63,986 nt of DNA, filler included, from Planctomycetota bacterium (GCA_026991575.1; 7 parts of 7 records of this genome joined end to end with filler, not necessarily neighbours in it); one strand, 5' to 3'. Positions 45,095 through 55,152 are shown, numbered from the whole stretch's first letter. The notes: a model not told the origin generated them from the sequence alone. Translations and numbers: made by a program.

Positions 45095-45315
45095 GGCGTG
45101 ATCGCCTTCTCTTATCTTCGCCAGCCGGGGCCCGCCGAGAGTGTGGGTTTCGGTGGCACGCCAGCCAGTGCACCTCTGGATCCACGGCTCGTCACACCGG
45201 CCTGAGCGGATTGCTCAGCCACCCGGTGCCGGTATGGCTGTGTCGCCGACTGCGGAACGGTCACGGTTTGAGCCCGCCCGCGGGTTCAACAAAAGCATGC
45301 GATGGGGGTAGCTCG

Positions 45316-46596
45316 ATGGCAGAAAGCTTTGTCCGTGGGCTGAAGTGCCGGCTGTGCGGAACAAAGTACCCCAAGGAACCCAACAACTTCTGCCCTGAAG
45401 ACTTCGGACCGCTAGAGGTCGACTACGATTACGACGCGATCGCGGCAGCAATCAGCAAAGAGGTACTTGCCCGGCGGCCCGCCACCATGTGGCGGTACCG
45501 CGAGCTGCTCCCTATCGACGGAGACCCGACGGTAGGCGTTCAGGTCGGCGGCACCCCGCTGGTCGCCGCTCCGCGGCTCGCCCGCGCCCTCGGGCTGGAG
45601 CGGGTCTACATCAAGAACGACGCGGTCAACTTCCCGACGCTGTCGTTCAAAGACCGGGTCGTCTCAGTGGCACTGTCGAAAGCAAAGGAGTTTGGCTTCG
45701 ATGTTGTTGGCTGTGCATCGACCGGGAACCTGGCCAACAGCGTGGCAGCCAATGCGGCGTCTGCAGGTCTGACCGCCTACATCTTCATCCCAGCCAACCT
45801 GGAGCTAGCCAAGATTGTCGGCACCCAGGTCTACGGTGCCCACGTCGTCGCCATCGATGGCACTTACGATCAAGTAAATCGCCTCTGCACGCAGGTGGCG
45901 TTCCACTACGGTTGGGGCTTTGTCAACATCAACTTGCGGGCCTACTACGCGGAAGGCTCCAAGAGCTTGGCCTACGAAGTTGCCGAAGCGTTGGGTTGGC
46001 AACTGCCCGACCATGTGGTCGTACCGATGGCGGGCGGCAGCCTGATCTGCAAGGTGGCGAAAGCGTTCCGGGAACTGCAGCAACTGGGGTTTGTGCCGGC
46101 CAAGTCCGTGAAGATCCACGGCGCGCAGCCGGCCGGCTGCTGCCCGATTGTCCGTGCCGTGAAAGAGGGCACCGACGAGATCCGCCCGGTGCGCAAGCCG
46201 AACACGATAGCCAAGAGCCTGGCGATTGGTGACCCGGCCGACGGCTACTTCGCACAGGGTGTGATCCGTGAAAGCGGTGGCTGGGCCGAAGATCCCACGG
46301 ATGCCGAAATCGTAGCGGCGATGAAATTGCTGGCCGAAACCGAGGGGATCTTCACGGAGACCGCCGGCGGCGTCACGCTGGCCGCAACCCAGCGGCTAGT
46401 CGCCTCCGGCCGGATCCGGCCCGACGAAACAGTTGTGGTCTGCATCACGGGCAACGGCCTAAAGACTCAGGACGCTCTGATGGGAGTGCTCGAGGCGCCT
46501 CAGGTTATCCGGCCGTCGCTGGATGAGTTCAAGAAACTGATCGCCAGCGAAGGTCATGCCAGCCCACAGGCGGCTGAGGCAGTCGGTAGCCGCTAG
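45316..46596 (+). CDS. Threonine synthase-like PLP enzyme (possible sulfhydrylase)
   Basis: N-terminal CxxC/CPEDF, PTLSFKDR, ASTGNLA, EGSKS, ETAGG, TGNGLK. Confidence 0.88.
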   Translation: MAESFVRGLKCRLCGTKYPKEPNNFCPEDFGPLEVDYDYDAIAAAISKEVLARRPATMWRYRELLPIDGDPTVGVQVGGTPLVAAPRLARALGLERVYIKNDAVNFPTLSFKDRVVSVALSKAKEFGFDVVGCASTGNLANSVAANAASAGLTAYIFIPANLELAKIVGTQVYGAHVVAIDGTYDQVNRLCTQVAFHYGWGFVNINLRAYYAEGSKSLAYEVAEALGWQLPDHVVVPMAGGSLICKVAKAFRELQQLGFVPAKSVKIHGAQPAGCCPIVRAVKEGTDEIRPVRKPNTIAKSLAIGDPADGYFAQGVIRESGGWAEDPTDAEIVAAMKLLAETEGIFTETAGGVTLAATQRLVASGRIRPDETVVVCITGNGLKTQDALMGVLEAPQVIRPSLDEFKKLIASEGHASPQAAEAVGSR

Positions 46597-46649
46597 CAAG
46601 CATGCGACGGGCTCGCGGGTAAGGCACAGACGACCAGGCGGAGGACGCG

Positions 46650-46928
46650 ATGGCCATCCGGGTGCATATTCCAACCCCCCTGCGGCAGTATACCGAGGGC
46701 CAGGAAACCGTCGAGGTCCAGGGAACGACCGTGGCCGAGGTGCTCCGGGCTCTAGGAGAACAATACCCAGGGATCACCGAGCGGCTGTTCGACGGTGAGA
46801 AGATCCGCCGCTTTGTGAACGTGTACGTCAACGACGAGGACATCCGCTACTTGCAGAACCTGGACACGCCGGTCAAGGACGGAGACGAGGTGAGCATCAT
46901 TCCGGCCGTGGCTGGCGGCAGTCGGTAG
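46650..46928 (+). CDS. MoaD/ThiS/CysO-like ubiquitin-fold sulfur carrier
   Basis: IPTPLR, FVNVYVNDEDIR, IIPAVAGG followed by SR. Confidence 0.93.
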   Translation: MAIRVHIPTPLRQYTEGQETVEVQGTTVAEVLRALGEQYPGITERLFDGEKIRRFVNVYVNDEDIRYLQNLDTPVKDGDEVSIIPAVAGGSR

Positions 46929-46939
46929 TGAGAACGGCC

Positions 46940-47995
46940 ATGACAGAACAGGTGGCTGGGGCACAGAACGAACTGGAGCGCTATAGCCGGCAGATGATGT
47001 TCCCCGGCATCGGGGAGGAGGGGCAGCGACGCATCCGACAAGGTCGCGTCACCCTCTGCGGCTGTGGCGCGCTCGGTACTGTCATCGCCAATGTGCTCGT
47101 CCGCGCCGGTGTCGGTTTCTTGCGCATCATCGACCGGGACTTCATCGAATGGAACAACCTGCAACGTCAGGTGCTGTTCGATGAGGACGACGTGCGTGAG
47201 TCGCTGCCGAAGGCAGAAGCGGCTGCGCGGAAACTGCGCCGCATCAACTCAGAAGTGGACATCGAGCCGATCGTTGCCGACGTGGACCACACGAACATCG
47301 TGCAGTTCGTTCAGGATGCGGACGTCATCCTGGACGGCACCGACAACTTCGAGACCCGTTACCTGATCAACGACGCTGCCGTCAAACTGGGTAAGCCCTG
47401 GATCTACGGCGGTTGCATCGGCAGTCACGGCCAGACGATGACGATCGTCCCTGGCGAGACCCCATGTCTGCGCTGCGTCATCGAGTCCGCCCCCCCGCCC
47501 GGCATGGCCCCCACCTGCGAAACGGCGGGCATCCTTGGCTCAACCGTCAACATCATCGCCTCGCTCCAAGCAGTCGAAGCGCTGAAGCTGCTCGCCGGCC
47601 GCAAGGACGCGATCAACCGCAGTCTGATCTACATCGACGTGTGGGACAATGTGTACCGCACGTTCAAGATCGCTTCGCTTCGCGACAAGGTGGACTGTCC
47701 AACGTGCAAACGCGGTGAGTTTCCCTGGCTGGAGGGCAAACTCGGCTCGCACACCACCACCCTCTGCGGCCGGAACGCCGTCCAGGTGGTACACCGGCGG
47801 GCTGAACGTCTGTCGTTTGAGGAGCTGGCCGCGAAACTGACCGGGGTCAGTAACGTGCGGTACAACCGTTTCATGCTGCGCTTCGAAGTAGATGGCTACG
47901 AGTTCACCGTCTTCCCCGACGGGCGGGCCATCATTAAGGGCACGAACGACATCGCCAAGGCACGCACGCTCTACGCGCAGTACATCGGGACCTGA
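46940..47995 (+). CDS. ThiF/MoeB family adenylyltransferase
   Basis: RYSRQ, GCGALG, NLQRQ, DGTDNF, CLRC, CPTC, FPDGR tail. Confidence 0.93.
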   Translation: MTEQVAGAQNELERYSRQMMFPGIGEEGQRRIRQGRVTLCGCGALGTVIANVLVRAGVGFLRIIDRDFIEWNNLQRQVLFDEDDVRESLPKAEAAARKLRRINSEVDIEPIVADVDHTNIVQFVQDADVILDGTDNFETRYLINDAAVKLGKPWIYGGCIGSHGQTMTIVPGETPCLRCVIESAPPPGMAPTCETAGILGSTVNIIASLQAVEALKLLAGRKDAINRSLIYIDVWDNVYRTFKIASLRDKVDCPTCKRGEFPWLEGKLGSHTTTLCGRNAVQVVHRRAERLSFEELAAKLTGVSNVRYNRFMLRFEVDGYEFTVFPDGRAIIKGTNDIAKARTLYAQYIGT

Positions 47996-47999
47996 ACCG

Positions 48000-49154
48000 A
48001 TGATCTACCTGGACAACGCGGCCACCAGCTTCCCTAAGCCCGAGTCCGTCTATCGGGCAATGGACGAGTACGCCCGCACCAGTCTGGGCAACCCGGGCCG
48101 CTCCGGACACAAACTTGCCGTCGGCTCGGAACGCGTGCTCGATGAAGTCCGTCACCTGCTGAACCAGCTCTTCCACGGCGAGGCACCGGAACGGTTCATC
48201 CTGACATTCAACTGCACCGACAGCCTCAACATGGCGATCAAAGGGACCGTCTCCGAAGGGGACCACGTCATCACGACGGTCCTGGAACACAACAGCGTTT
48301 CGCGCCCGCTCGTTGCGCTGCAGCGTGCTGGCCGCATTGAACTGACTCAGGTCCCCTGCACCGCCGAGGGTGTGATCGACCCGGACGCAATCCGCCAGGC
48401 AATCCGGCCCAACACCAAACTGATCGCCCTCACCCATGCTTCCAACGTACTCGGAACCGTGCAGCCCATCGCCGAAGTCGGCCGCATCGCACGTGAGCAC
48501 GATCTGCTGTTTCTGGTCGACGCAGCCCAAACAGCCGGCGTCGTACCCATCGATGTGCAGGCCATGTGCATCGACCTGTTGGCCTTTCCGGGCCACAAGA
48601 GCTTGCTGGGGCCAACCGGCACCGGTGGGCTCTACGTCGGTCCCCGTGCCCGGTTGCGGCCGTGGCGTGAGGGGGGCACGGGTGGCGACAGCTCCAGCCC
48701 GACGCAGCCTACTGAATTGCCCTACTACCTCGAAGGCGGCACCCCTAACGTGCTCGGAGCCGTTGGCCTCCGTGAGGGCATTCGCTTCGTGCTCGAACGC
48801 GGCCCAGATACTATCCGGAACCACGAGTTGGATCTGATCCAGCAGGTCGTGGCCTGGGCAGAACAGGACGCAAACTTCCGCATCGTCGGCTCGTTCGACC
48901 GCACGCGACACGTCGGAACGATCAGCCTGGCATGCGACGTGCTTCCGGCCGCCGAGATCGGCCAAATCCTGGACGAAGCATTCGATATCTGCATCCGCCC
49001 CGGCCTGCACTGCGCCCCCTACGCCCACCGCGCCTTCGACACGTTTCCGGACGGTACGGTACGGATCAGCCCAGGACCGTTCAACACAGCCGAGGACATC
49101 GAACAGCTCTGCCAGGCGTTGAGTCAAATCGCCCGCGAGGCCGTGCAACTGTGA
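48000..49154 (+). CDS. Cysteine desulfurase family protein (class V PLP)
   Basis: YLDNAATS, EHNS, DAAQ, GHKSL, RPGLHCAP. Confidence 0.92.
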   Translation: MIYLDNAATSFPKPESVYRAMDEYARTSLGNPGRSGHKLAVGSERVLDEVRHLLNQLFHGEAPERFILTFNCTDSLNMAIKGTVSEGDHVITTVLEHNSVSRPLVALQRAGRIELTQVPCTAEGVIDPDAIRQAIRPNTKLIALTHASNVLGTVQPIAEVGRIAREHDLLFLVDAAQTAGVVPIDVQAMCIDLLAFPGHKSLLGPTGTGGLYVGPRARLRPWREGGTGGDSSSPTQPTELPYYLEGGTPNVLGAVGLREGIRFVLERGPDTIRNHELDLIQQVVAWAEQDANFRIVGSFDRTRHVGTISLACDVLPAAEIGQILDEAFDICIRPGLHCAPYAHRAFDTFPDGTVRISPGPFNTAEDIEQLCQALSQIAREAVQL

Positions 49155-50499
49155 ACAGACAGGGCAGCTTTCCCGATCGTCTCGACCGGCCAATTCCCCG
49201 TGACCGAGACGGTGCACGGGGGCGCATTGGTGCGTCGCGAGGGAAGGCCGTTCGCGGTCTGCTGCGGGAGAAGCATCCAGGAATACTCGCGGCCATGCTT
49301 CAGATACACCAGCGGGCCTAAGGTTCGTTGCAGCTCTTTCACGCGGTCGGCCGACGCTTGGCTTGCCGTGTGTGCCGCTGGGCCGGGGCGAGCCGCGCAT
49401 CACGTCAGCAAACATCCTCGCGAATCCTGAGGTCCACGCACCCGGCAGGGCGCTAGAGCCCGCGGGCGGCGACTTTTCGGTACGCCGCCCGTATCGTCAC
49501 GTAAACGAGGCAGCGGCCGAGAAAACCTCCCTTCTTGGCGCTGCCGCGGAGCGCGCCGCCCGCTCCCCTCCAGCGAAGCCCATTTGCAACGGGCGGCGCA
49601 GCCGGCCCAGACTGCCGGGCAGACGGAAGTCGGTCCAATCGAGGCGGTCGCACATACCGCACCCGCGAAAAAGCCCTGACACAGCCCGCGCGACTGGGGC
49701 TGGCGTTGTTCAACCGCTACTCTGACGCGAACGCCTCGGCGCGGGTCTGGCTCGCCTACGTTTGGGCGACAGTCTGGCGCGCGTTGGCGGGTTGGTTTCG
49801 GGTACGTTCGGAGGCGGTTTCGCCAGGGTCGGAGGACCGTTCACCTCGCCAGCCACCGTGCAGTCGCAGGAGGAGGGCTCTACGCCCCCCTCCTGCGAGT
49901 TCGCCGTGGCTGGCGGGTTGGACAGTTCTCGGACGCATGCGGACCAAACCCGCGCCCGGGCGGCTTGGCGGGCACCGCGAGCCGTGAGGCGAGATCGGTA
50001 TCGCAGCGACAGCTGCGGAGAGGGTCGCGGGCGGTGTGGTTTCGGCCAGGGGCAAGACCTGCGCGTGTGGCGGCCGGCGGATGGTTCGGCCCTGCACACC
50101 ACGGCGCTCGACGACGAGTGGCCCGGATGCTGCGTCCGGAATTGCCGAATCAACCCGGCAGCCTGCTTCAACCGGCTGGTGGGGGGGCTTTATGCTCCCC
50201 CGCCCGCAACGTTGATCGATAGCGCGGGCAGATCTCCAAGAGGTCCTTTCCCTTTCGGGCCGCGGGCGGGTCGATCCCGCCCGCGGCCCGGCTGGCGGAA
50301 TTTCCCGAGGCCGGCGGCGCGGGCGAACGCAATTCGCTGCGGTCCCAGCAAAAACGCGATCCCGCTGTGCGGCGGGTCTTGGGAATGGGAGGGAAAGGAA
50401 ACAAAACGGCGCACCGGGCGCTATCCACCAACCAACAGAGATAAGGCTAGCAAGCCCCGGCCGAAGAGCAGAGACGCACCGCGCGCCAGAAAAAAGTGC

Positions 50500-50567
50500 T
50501 TGACACGGCGGTCCGGGGTGGTTATGATCGCAGCGGATTTGACAACTGTCCCGATTATGAGGATTCT
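50500..50567 (+). promoter_or_regulatory. Tandem sigma70-like promoters
   Basis: TTGACA(50500)-17-TATGAT with upstream A-tract; TTGACA(50539)-17-GATTCT. Confidence 0.6.
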
Positions 50568-50662
50568 CCCACATCGAGCAGGTTTGCAGGAGGATCCCCA
50601 TGGGGCGGCGGGCAAATCCAGCAAACGAGGCGCGACTACAACACGAGGGCCATAGGCCAGAC

Positions 50663-50680
50663 GAGAGAGAGAGAGAGAGA
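50663..50680 (+). repeat. (GA)9 dinucleotide repeat
   Basis: Direct reading. Confidence 0.9.
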
Positions 50681-50748
50681 ACTGGCCCCGTGAGCACGTC
50701 CGGCTGTGCTGGTGGCGTCTAACCACGCCGGGCAGCGCAGACGGGAAA

Positions 50749-50848
50749 NNNNNNNNNNNNNNNNNNNNNNNNNNNNNNNNNNNNNNNNNNNNTTAATTAA
50801 TTAANNNNNNNNNNNNNNNNNNNNNNNNNNNNNNNNNNNNNNNNNNNN
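50749..50848. other. Artificial contig linker
   Basis: N run with TTAATTAATTAA. Confidence 0.98.
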
Positions 50849-50905
50849 GATGTAGTTCCGCCCAGCCAGCGCGGGACTCTGCACGCGCCGCGTCGTGGTC
50901 GACAT
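50849..50905 (-). CDS. 5' end of a truncated gene (possibly an aldehyde dehydrogenase)
   Basis: GAGGAGG RBS then MSTTTRRVQSPALAGRNYI. Confidence 0.45.
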
Positions 50906-51029
50906 GTTCTGTCCTCCTCGTTGTTCCCGACCGGTCAACGTAACGGTCCGCAACGCGCTACCAAGCCTAGCGCACGGCCAACGCGAATGCAATGGGGGAA
51001 CCGCTGAAAGCAGCGCCGTGCAGGCAGGA

Positions 51030-51959
51030 TCACTGCCGAAAGCGCAAGGAACCCACGATGTCACGGACCGAAGTGGCACCGAGCTCCGCAACGGCACCCG
51101 GAAGCTGGTCAACCAGTCGCACGGCGCAGGCGGGATCATAGAACGTCGCCGTGCCGATCTGCACGGCCGTCGCCCCGGCAACGAGGAACTCCATCACGTC
51201 GTCTATCGACTGGATGCCACCGATGCCGATGACCGGGCACGATACGGCGCGGCAGAGCTGCCAGACACAGCGAAGCGCAATCGGCTTGATGGCCGGACCG
51301 CTCAGTCCCCCGAGGCCTGCCCCGAGACGGGGCCTTCGGCGCCGCCAGTCGACGGCCATGCCGAGCACGGTATTGATGGCCGAGATGGCCGTTGCCCCGC
51401 CCTGCTCCGCCGCCTGACCGATCGCGGCGATGTCGGTGACGTTAGGCGTTAGCTTTGCGATGAGTGGTAAGCCAGTGGCTGCACGGCACCGCCGTAACAC
51501 CCCCTCGGTCAGCTCCGGCCGTACCGCAAAGTCGATGCCACCGGCAACGTTCGGACAACTGAGGTTCAGCTCGATGGCCGCGACAACGTCGGCCACCCGG
51601 TCGATCCGCTCACAGAGGCGGGCGAATTCCTCCGGGGCCTTCCCCGCAACGTTGACGATCAGGGGAACACCCAGCGTGCTCAGGCGCGGCAGGTGATGGT
51701 CCAGGAAGTGGTCGATGCCGTCGTTGTCGAGCCCAATGGAGTTCAACAGGCCACAGGCAGTCTCCACCGTACGGGGCGGTGGATTGCCCGCACGCGGCTG
51801 CAGCGTCACGGTCTTCGGAATCACCCCCCCTAGCCGCTGAACGGGCACGGCTGCAGCCAGTTCGTACACGTAGCCACACGTGCCCGAGGCGAGCAGAATC
51901 GGGTTTTGCAACCGAAGCGGTCCGACTCGAACGGTCAGATCGACGCGGCTGGCAGTCAT
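51030..51959 (-). CDS. pyrD: Dihydroorotate dehydrogenase family 1B catalytic subunit
   Basis: ASGT, GNPPPR, NSIGL, NLSCPNV, KLTPNVTD, GGLSG. Confidence 0.94.
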   Translation of the reverse strand: MTASRVDLTVRVGPLRLQNPILLASGTCGYVYELAAAVPVQRLGGVIPKTVTLQPRAGNPPPRTVETACGLLNSIGLDNDGIDHFLDHHLPRLSTLGVPLIVNVAGKAPEEFARLCERIDRVADVVAAIELNLSCPNVAGGIDFAVRPELTEGVLRRCRAATGLPLIAKLTPNVTDIAAIGQAAEQGGATAISAINTVLGMAVDWRRRRPRLGAGLGGLSGPAIKPIALRCVWQLCRAVSCPVIGIGGIQSIDDVMEFLVAGATAVQIGTATFYDPACAVRLVDQLPGAVAELGATSVRDIVGSLRFRQ

Positions 51960-52064
51960 GCGGTCGGCGCCTTATGCGGCTGCGCAGGCGGAACGGTTGC
52001 TTCCGGCCCCGAAGCAGACATCAACCTGCAGCTGCCGCGCGCCCCTTCAGCTGCCGCCCGGCCG

Positions 52065-52286
52065 CTACAAACCAGTGCCGCCGTGCGTGCGGTACGGCGT
52101 CGTGTGAGCCGGCTGATCCAGCAACCAGATCCGCTCCCACTCATCGGCGATCATGCGCAGGTTCTCCGAAGTATAGAGCAGCTGGTTCGTCCGGCGGATC
52201 GGGTCGGCTGAGTAGATGGGCAACACGCATCCGGTGGCACCCGAAAAGAGCGACGCGGCGGCAAGAAGCAATAACAGCCTGCGCAT
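52065..52286 (-). CDS. Small lipoprotein, 73 aa
   Basis: GGAGAAGG upstream, ATGC lipobox, YSADPIRR...SENLR..DEWERIW..DQPAH.TPYRTHGG. Confidence 0.75.
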   Translation of the reverse strand: MRRLLLLLAAASLFSGATGCVLPIYSADPIRRTNQLLYTSENLRMIADEWERIWLLDQPAHTTPYRTHGGTGL

Positions 52287-52630
52287 CCTTCTCCCCCGTC
52301 CGAATCGGTGGTTCACTCTGGCATATGCTCCCGGCCACAACCCGAGCAGCCGACACTGGCCGACGCTGACTGGCCGCAGACAGTGCCGTCCCCGGTTGCT
52401 CCGGCTACCGCTAGGATCGGCAGCGCCAGGGGATCCGCTTTAGCAGGACTCGACCTGTCCGTATACTTAGAAGCTCTGCCCGAGCAGGACTCTCGTAGCC
52501 AAGGGGCAGTGGTACAATTACCCCCACGGCGAGTTGACGTTACTCCAACGACTCCATAAAGTTACGAGAGAGTCTGGGAGTCACGAAAACCCGCAACCCC
52601 GTTGTGTAGCAACTGTCGAGGAGAGAAGCG

Positions 52631-52966
52631 GTGACCAAGAAAGACATCGCCGCACGGATCGCTTCGGAACTGAAGCTGTCGCCGAGTGTGGCCAAGAAGG
52701 CGGTCCAGCTGACCTTCGACTCGATCATCGAGACGCTCGCCACCGAAGGGCGAATCGAATTGCGCAACTTCGGAATCTTCCAGGTAGCGCGCCGGGCAGC
52801 GCGGATCGCTCGCAACCCCCGCACCGGCGAGCGCGTCTCCGTGCCTGAGCGCTATGTCGTGACGTTCAAGGCCGGCAAGGAAATGGAGGAGCGGGTTCAG
52901 CACGTTGACCCCGAGCGCGCCCGCATCCGCGTGGGCCGGCAGTCGCAAACGGCCACCAGCCGCTAA
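52631..52966 (+). CDS. HU/IHF family DNA-binding protein
   Basis: [28 protein letters not shown]. Confidence 0.93.
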   Translation: MTKKDIAARIASELKLSPSVAKKAVQLTFDSIIETLATEGRIELRNFGIFQVARRAARIARNPRTGERVSVPERYVVTFKAGKEMEERVQHVDPERARIRVGRQSQTATSR

Positions 52967-53374
52967 CCAGGCCGGAATATCCCAGGGCCCATCGCGCACC
53001 AGGCCCGTGCCGCGGAGGCACCGGCGGCCGTCGACGCGCCGGTCCGTGGCAGCAGAGCCCGCCATCTTCGGCCAGTTACCGCAGTTTCGCTCTGCGGCCG
53101 TGGTGTGCCTGGTCGGCACGCGGGCAGCGGCGATCTGGGGTGCAGCTGGTCGGCAACCGCCAGGATGCACCACCAGCCGTGCAGGATCGAGCGCTTGAGG
53201 CGGGTGGAGTATGCGCCGCCGGCGCAAGGGGCTTCCTCGCTAGCACGGCTGCGTGTGATCGCGTGTGCTGCCGTGCTGACGTCGACTGCCTTCGTAGCTA
53301 CCTGCCCCGGTTCACCGGCTGCTGCCCCTGTGGTTCCGCGTAAGATAGGGCAAAGGATGAGAGGCGTGCTGACC

Positions 53375-54097
53375 ATGACCGCTGGCTCCAGAGCGCGGCC
53401 GCAGACCACAACGATCACGGTACGCTGCCTGCTCTTTGCCGGTCTGAGGGAGGCGGCAGCGGGCAGGACCGATGTCGAACTGCGCCTGCCTGCTGGTAGC
53501 AGAATTGGATCGCTTCGCCAGGCACTCGCCCAACAACTGGGCTCGGCCGCTGCCCTGTTGGCCGCCTGCCGCTTTGCGGTGGATGGTGAATACGTTGGCG
53601 ACGACCGGCCACTGCGTGACGGCCAAGAAGTAGCTGTGATCCCTCCGGTCAGCGGCGGGCAGCACAGTGACGATCCCGTCCACGTTGCCTTGGTTCAGGA
53701 GCCAATCGACCCGACCGCCTGTCAGCAATACGTCGCGACCACCCGGGCCGGCGCGATTGTGAGCTTCCTGGGCACGGTCCGCGAAATCACCGGAGAACGG
53801 CGCACGGTGTACTTGTCCTACGAGGCGTACGACACCATGGCGGCACGTAAGTTGCGGGAGATCGCCGAGGAGGCCAGAGAACGGTTCTCGTTGGAACGGA
53901 TCGCCGTCGTGCACCGCGTGGGCAGGATGGATCCAGGGGAGGTAAGCGTGGCCATCGCAGTGAGCGCTGCTCACCGTGCCCAAGCGTTCGATGGCTGCCG
54001 CTTCGTGATCGAAGCGATCAAGAAAGATGTGCCCATTTGGAAGAAGGAGGTGTGGGCTGACGGCACGGAAGAATGGGTCCATCCCGGGATGGCTTAG
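53375..54097 (+). CDS. Molybdopterin synthase MoaD-MoaE fusion
   Basis: LLFAGLRE...IPPVSGG then GAIVSFLGTVR, YEAY, HRVG, VPIWKKE. Confidence 0.9.
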   Translation: MTAGSRARPQTTTITVRCLLFAGLREAAAGRTDVELRLPAGSRIGSLRQALAQQLGSAAALLAACRFAVDGEYVGDDRPLRDGQEVAVIPPVSGGQHSDDPVHVALVQEPIDPTACQQYVATTRAGAIVSFLGTVREITGERRTVYLSYEAYDTMAARKLREIAEEARERFSLERIAVVHRVGRMDPGEVSVAIAVSAAHRAQAFDGCRFVIEAIKKDVPIWKKEVWADGTEEWVHPGMA

Positions 54098-54132
54098 TCG
54101 CGGCAGTCTCCAACCCTCAAACGGGAGGCGCC

Positions 54133-55131
54133 ATGGCCGACGGGCAACTGGTCGACGGCTACGGCCGGGTCCACACGAAGCTGCGTGTCAGCGTCACCGA
54201 CCGCTGCAACATCCGGTGCTTTTACTGCATGCCGGAGGACAACCCAGAGTACGCACCCCGTGACGACATCCTGCGCTTCGAGGAAATCGTCCGAGTCGTT
54301 CGCCTGTTACTGCCGCTGGGGATCCGTAAGGTACGGCTGACGGGCGGTGAGCCGCTGGTGCGGCGCCACCTGGACCGGCTCGTTGAGCAGCTAGCGGCCC
54401 TGGAAGGCCTCGCCGGCCTCGCCCTCACGACAAACGGCCTGTTGCTGGCGCGCCAAGCCGAACCACTGTACCGTGCGGGACTACGCCATATTAACGTGCA
54501 TCTGGACACACTCAACCCGGAGAGATTCCGCTTCATCACGCGGTGCGACGCTCTCGACGACGTGCTTGCCGGCATCGACCGCTGTCTAGAACTCGGCTAC
54601 GAATCGGTGAAGATCAACGCCGTGGCAGTGCGGGGACTGACCGAGGAGGACATCGTCCCACTTGCCCATTTCGCACGCCGCCTGGGTGTGACCGTCCGAT
54701 TCATCGAGTTCATGCCGCTTGATGCCCGCAACAGCTGGGAACGAGACCGGGTGTTGTTTGCAGCGGAGATCCTCGAACGGCTTAGCGAAGCGATCATGCC
54801 GCTGGTGCCGGCCCCAGACGCCGATCCGACGGCACCGGCCCAGGAGTTCGTGTTCGAAGATGGTGTCGGCCGTATCGGGTTGATCGCCTCGGTCAGCCGT
54901 CCCTTCTGCGCCAGTTGCAACCGACTGCGACTGACGGCCGATGGCAAGTTGCGCTACTGCCTGTTCGCGATCGAGGAATTCGACCTGAAGCGTCTGCTCC
55001 GATCCGGGGCGGACGATGCCGAAATCCAGGAGTTTGTCCGCCGGGCCGTTGCGCGGAAGTGGGAAGGCCACGAGATCAACACGGCACGGTTCATCAAGCC
55101 GCCTCGGCCAATGTACTCCATCGGGGGCTAG
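54133..55131 (+). CDS. moaA: GTP 3',8-cyclase
   Basis: LRVSVTDRCNIRCFYCM, FCASCNRLRLT, C-terminal SIGG. Confidence 0.96.
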   Translation: MADGQLVDGYGRVHTKLRVSVTDRCNIRCFYCMPEDNPEYAPRDDILRFEEIVRVVRLLLPLGIRKVRLTGGEPLVRRHLDRLVEQLAALEGLAGLALTTNGLLLARQAEPLYRAGLRHINVHLDTLNPERFRFITRCDALDDVLAGIDRCLELGYESVKINAVAVRGLTEEDIVPLAHFARRLGVTVRFIEFMPLDARNSWERDRVLFAAEILERLSEAIMPLVPAPDADPTAPAQEFVFEDGVGRIGLIASVSRPFCASCNRLRLTADGKLRYCLFAIEEFDLKRLLRSGADDAEIQEFVRRAVARKWEGHEINTARFIKPPRPMYSIGG

Positions 55132-55152
55132 TGCTACTGGATCCGACCGCCG

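Noticed and set aside
47934..49415. 493-aa antisense ORF
   Set aside because: Shadow of the cysteine desulfurase gene
49124..49430. Second possible Sec ORF on the minus strand (CLLT*C)
   Set aside because: No recognisable fold, start or SECIS-like hairpin
52967..53356. Moco riboswitch upstream of moaDE-moaA
   Set aside because: Several GC hairpins but no Moco motif consensus that I could recognise
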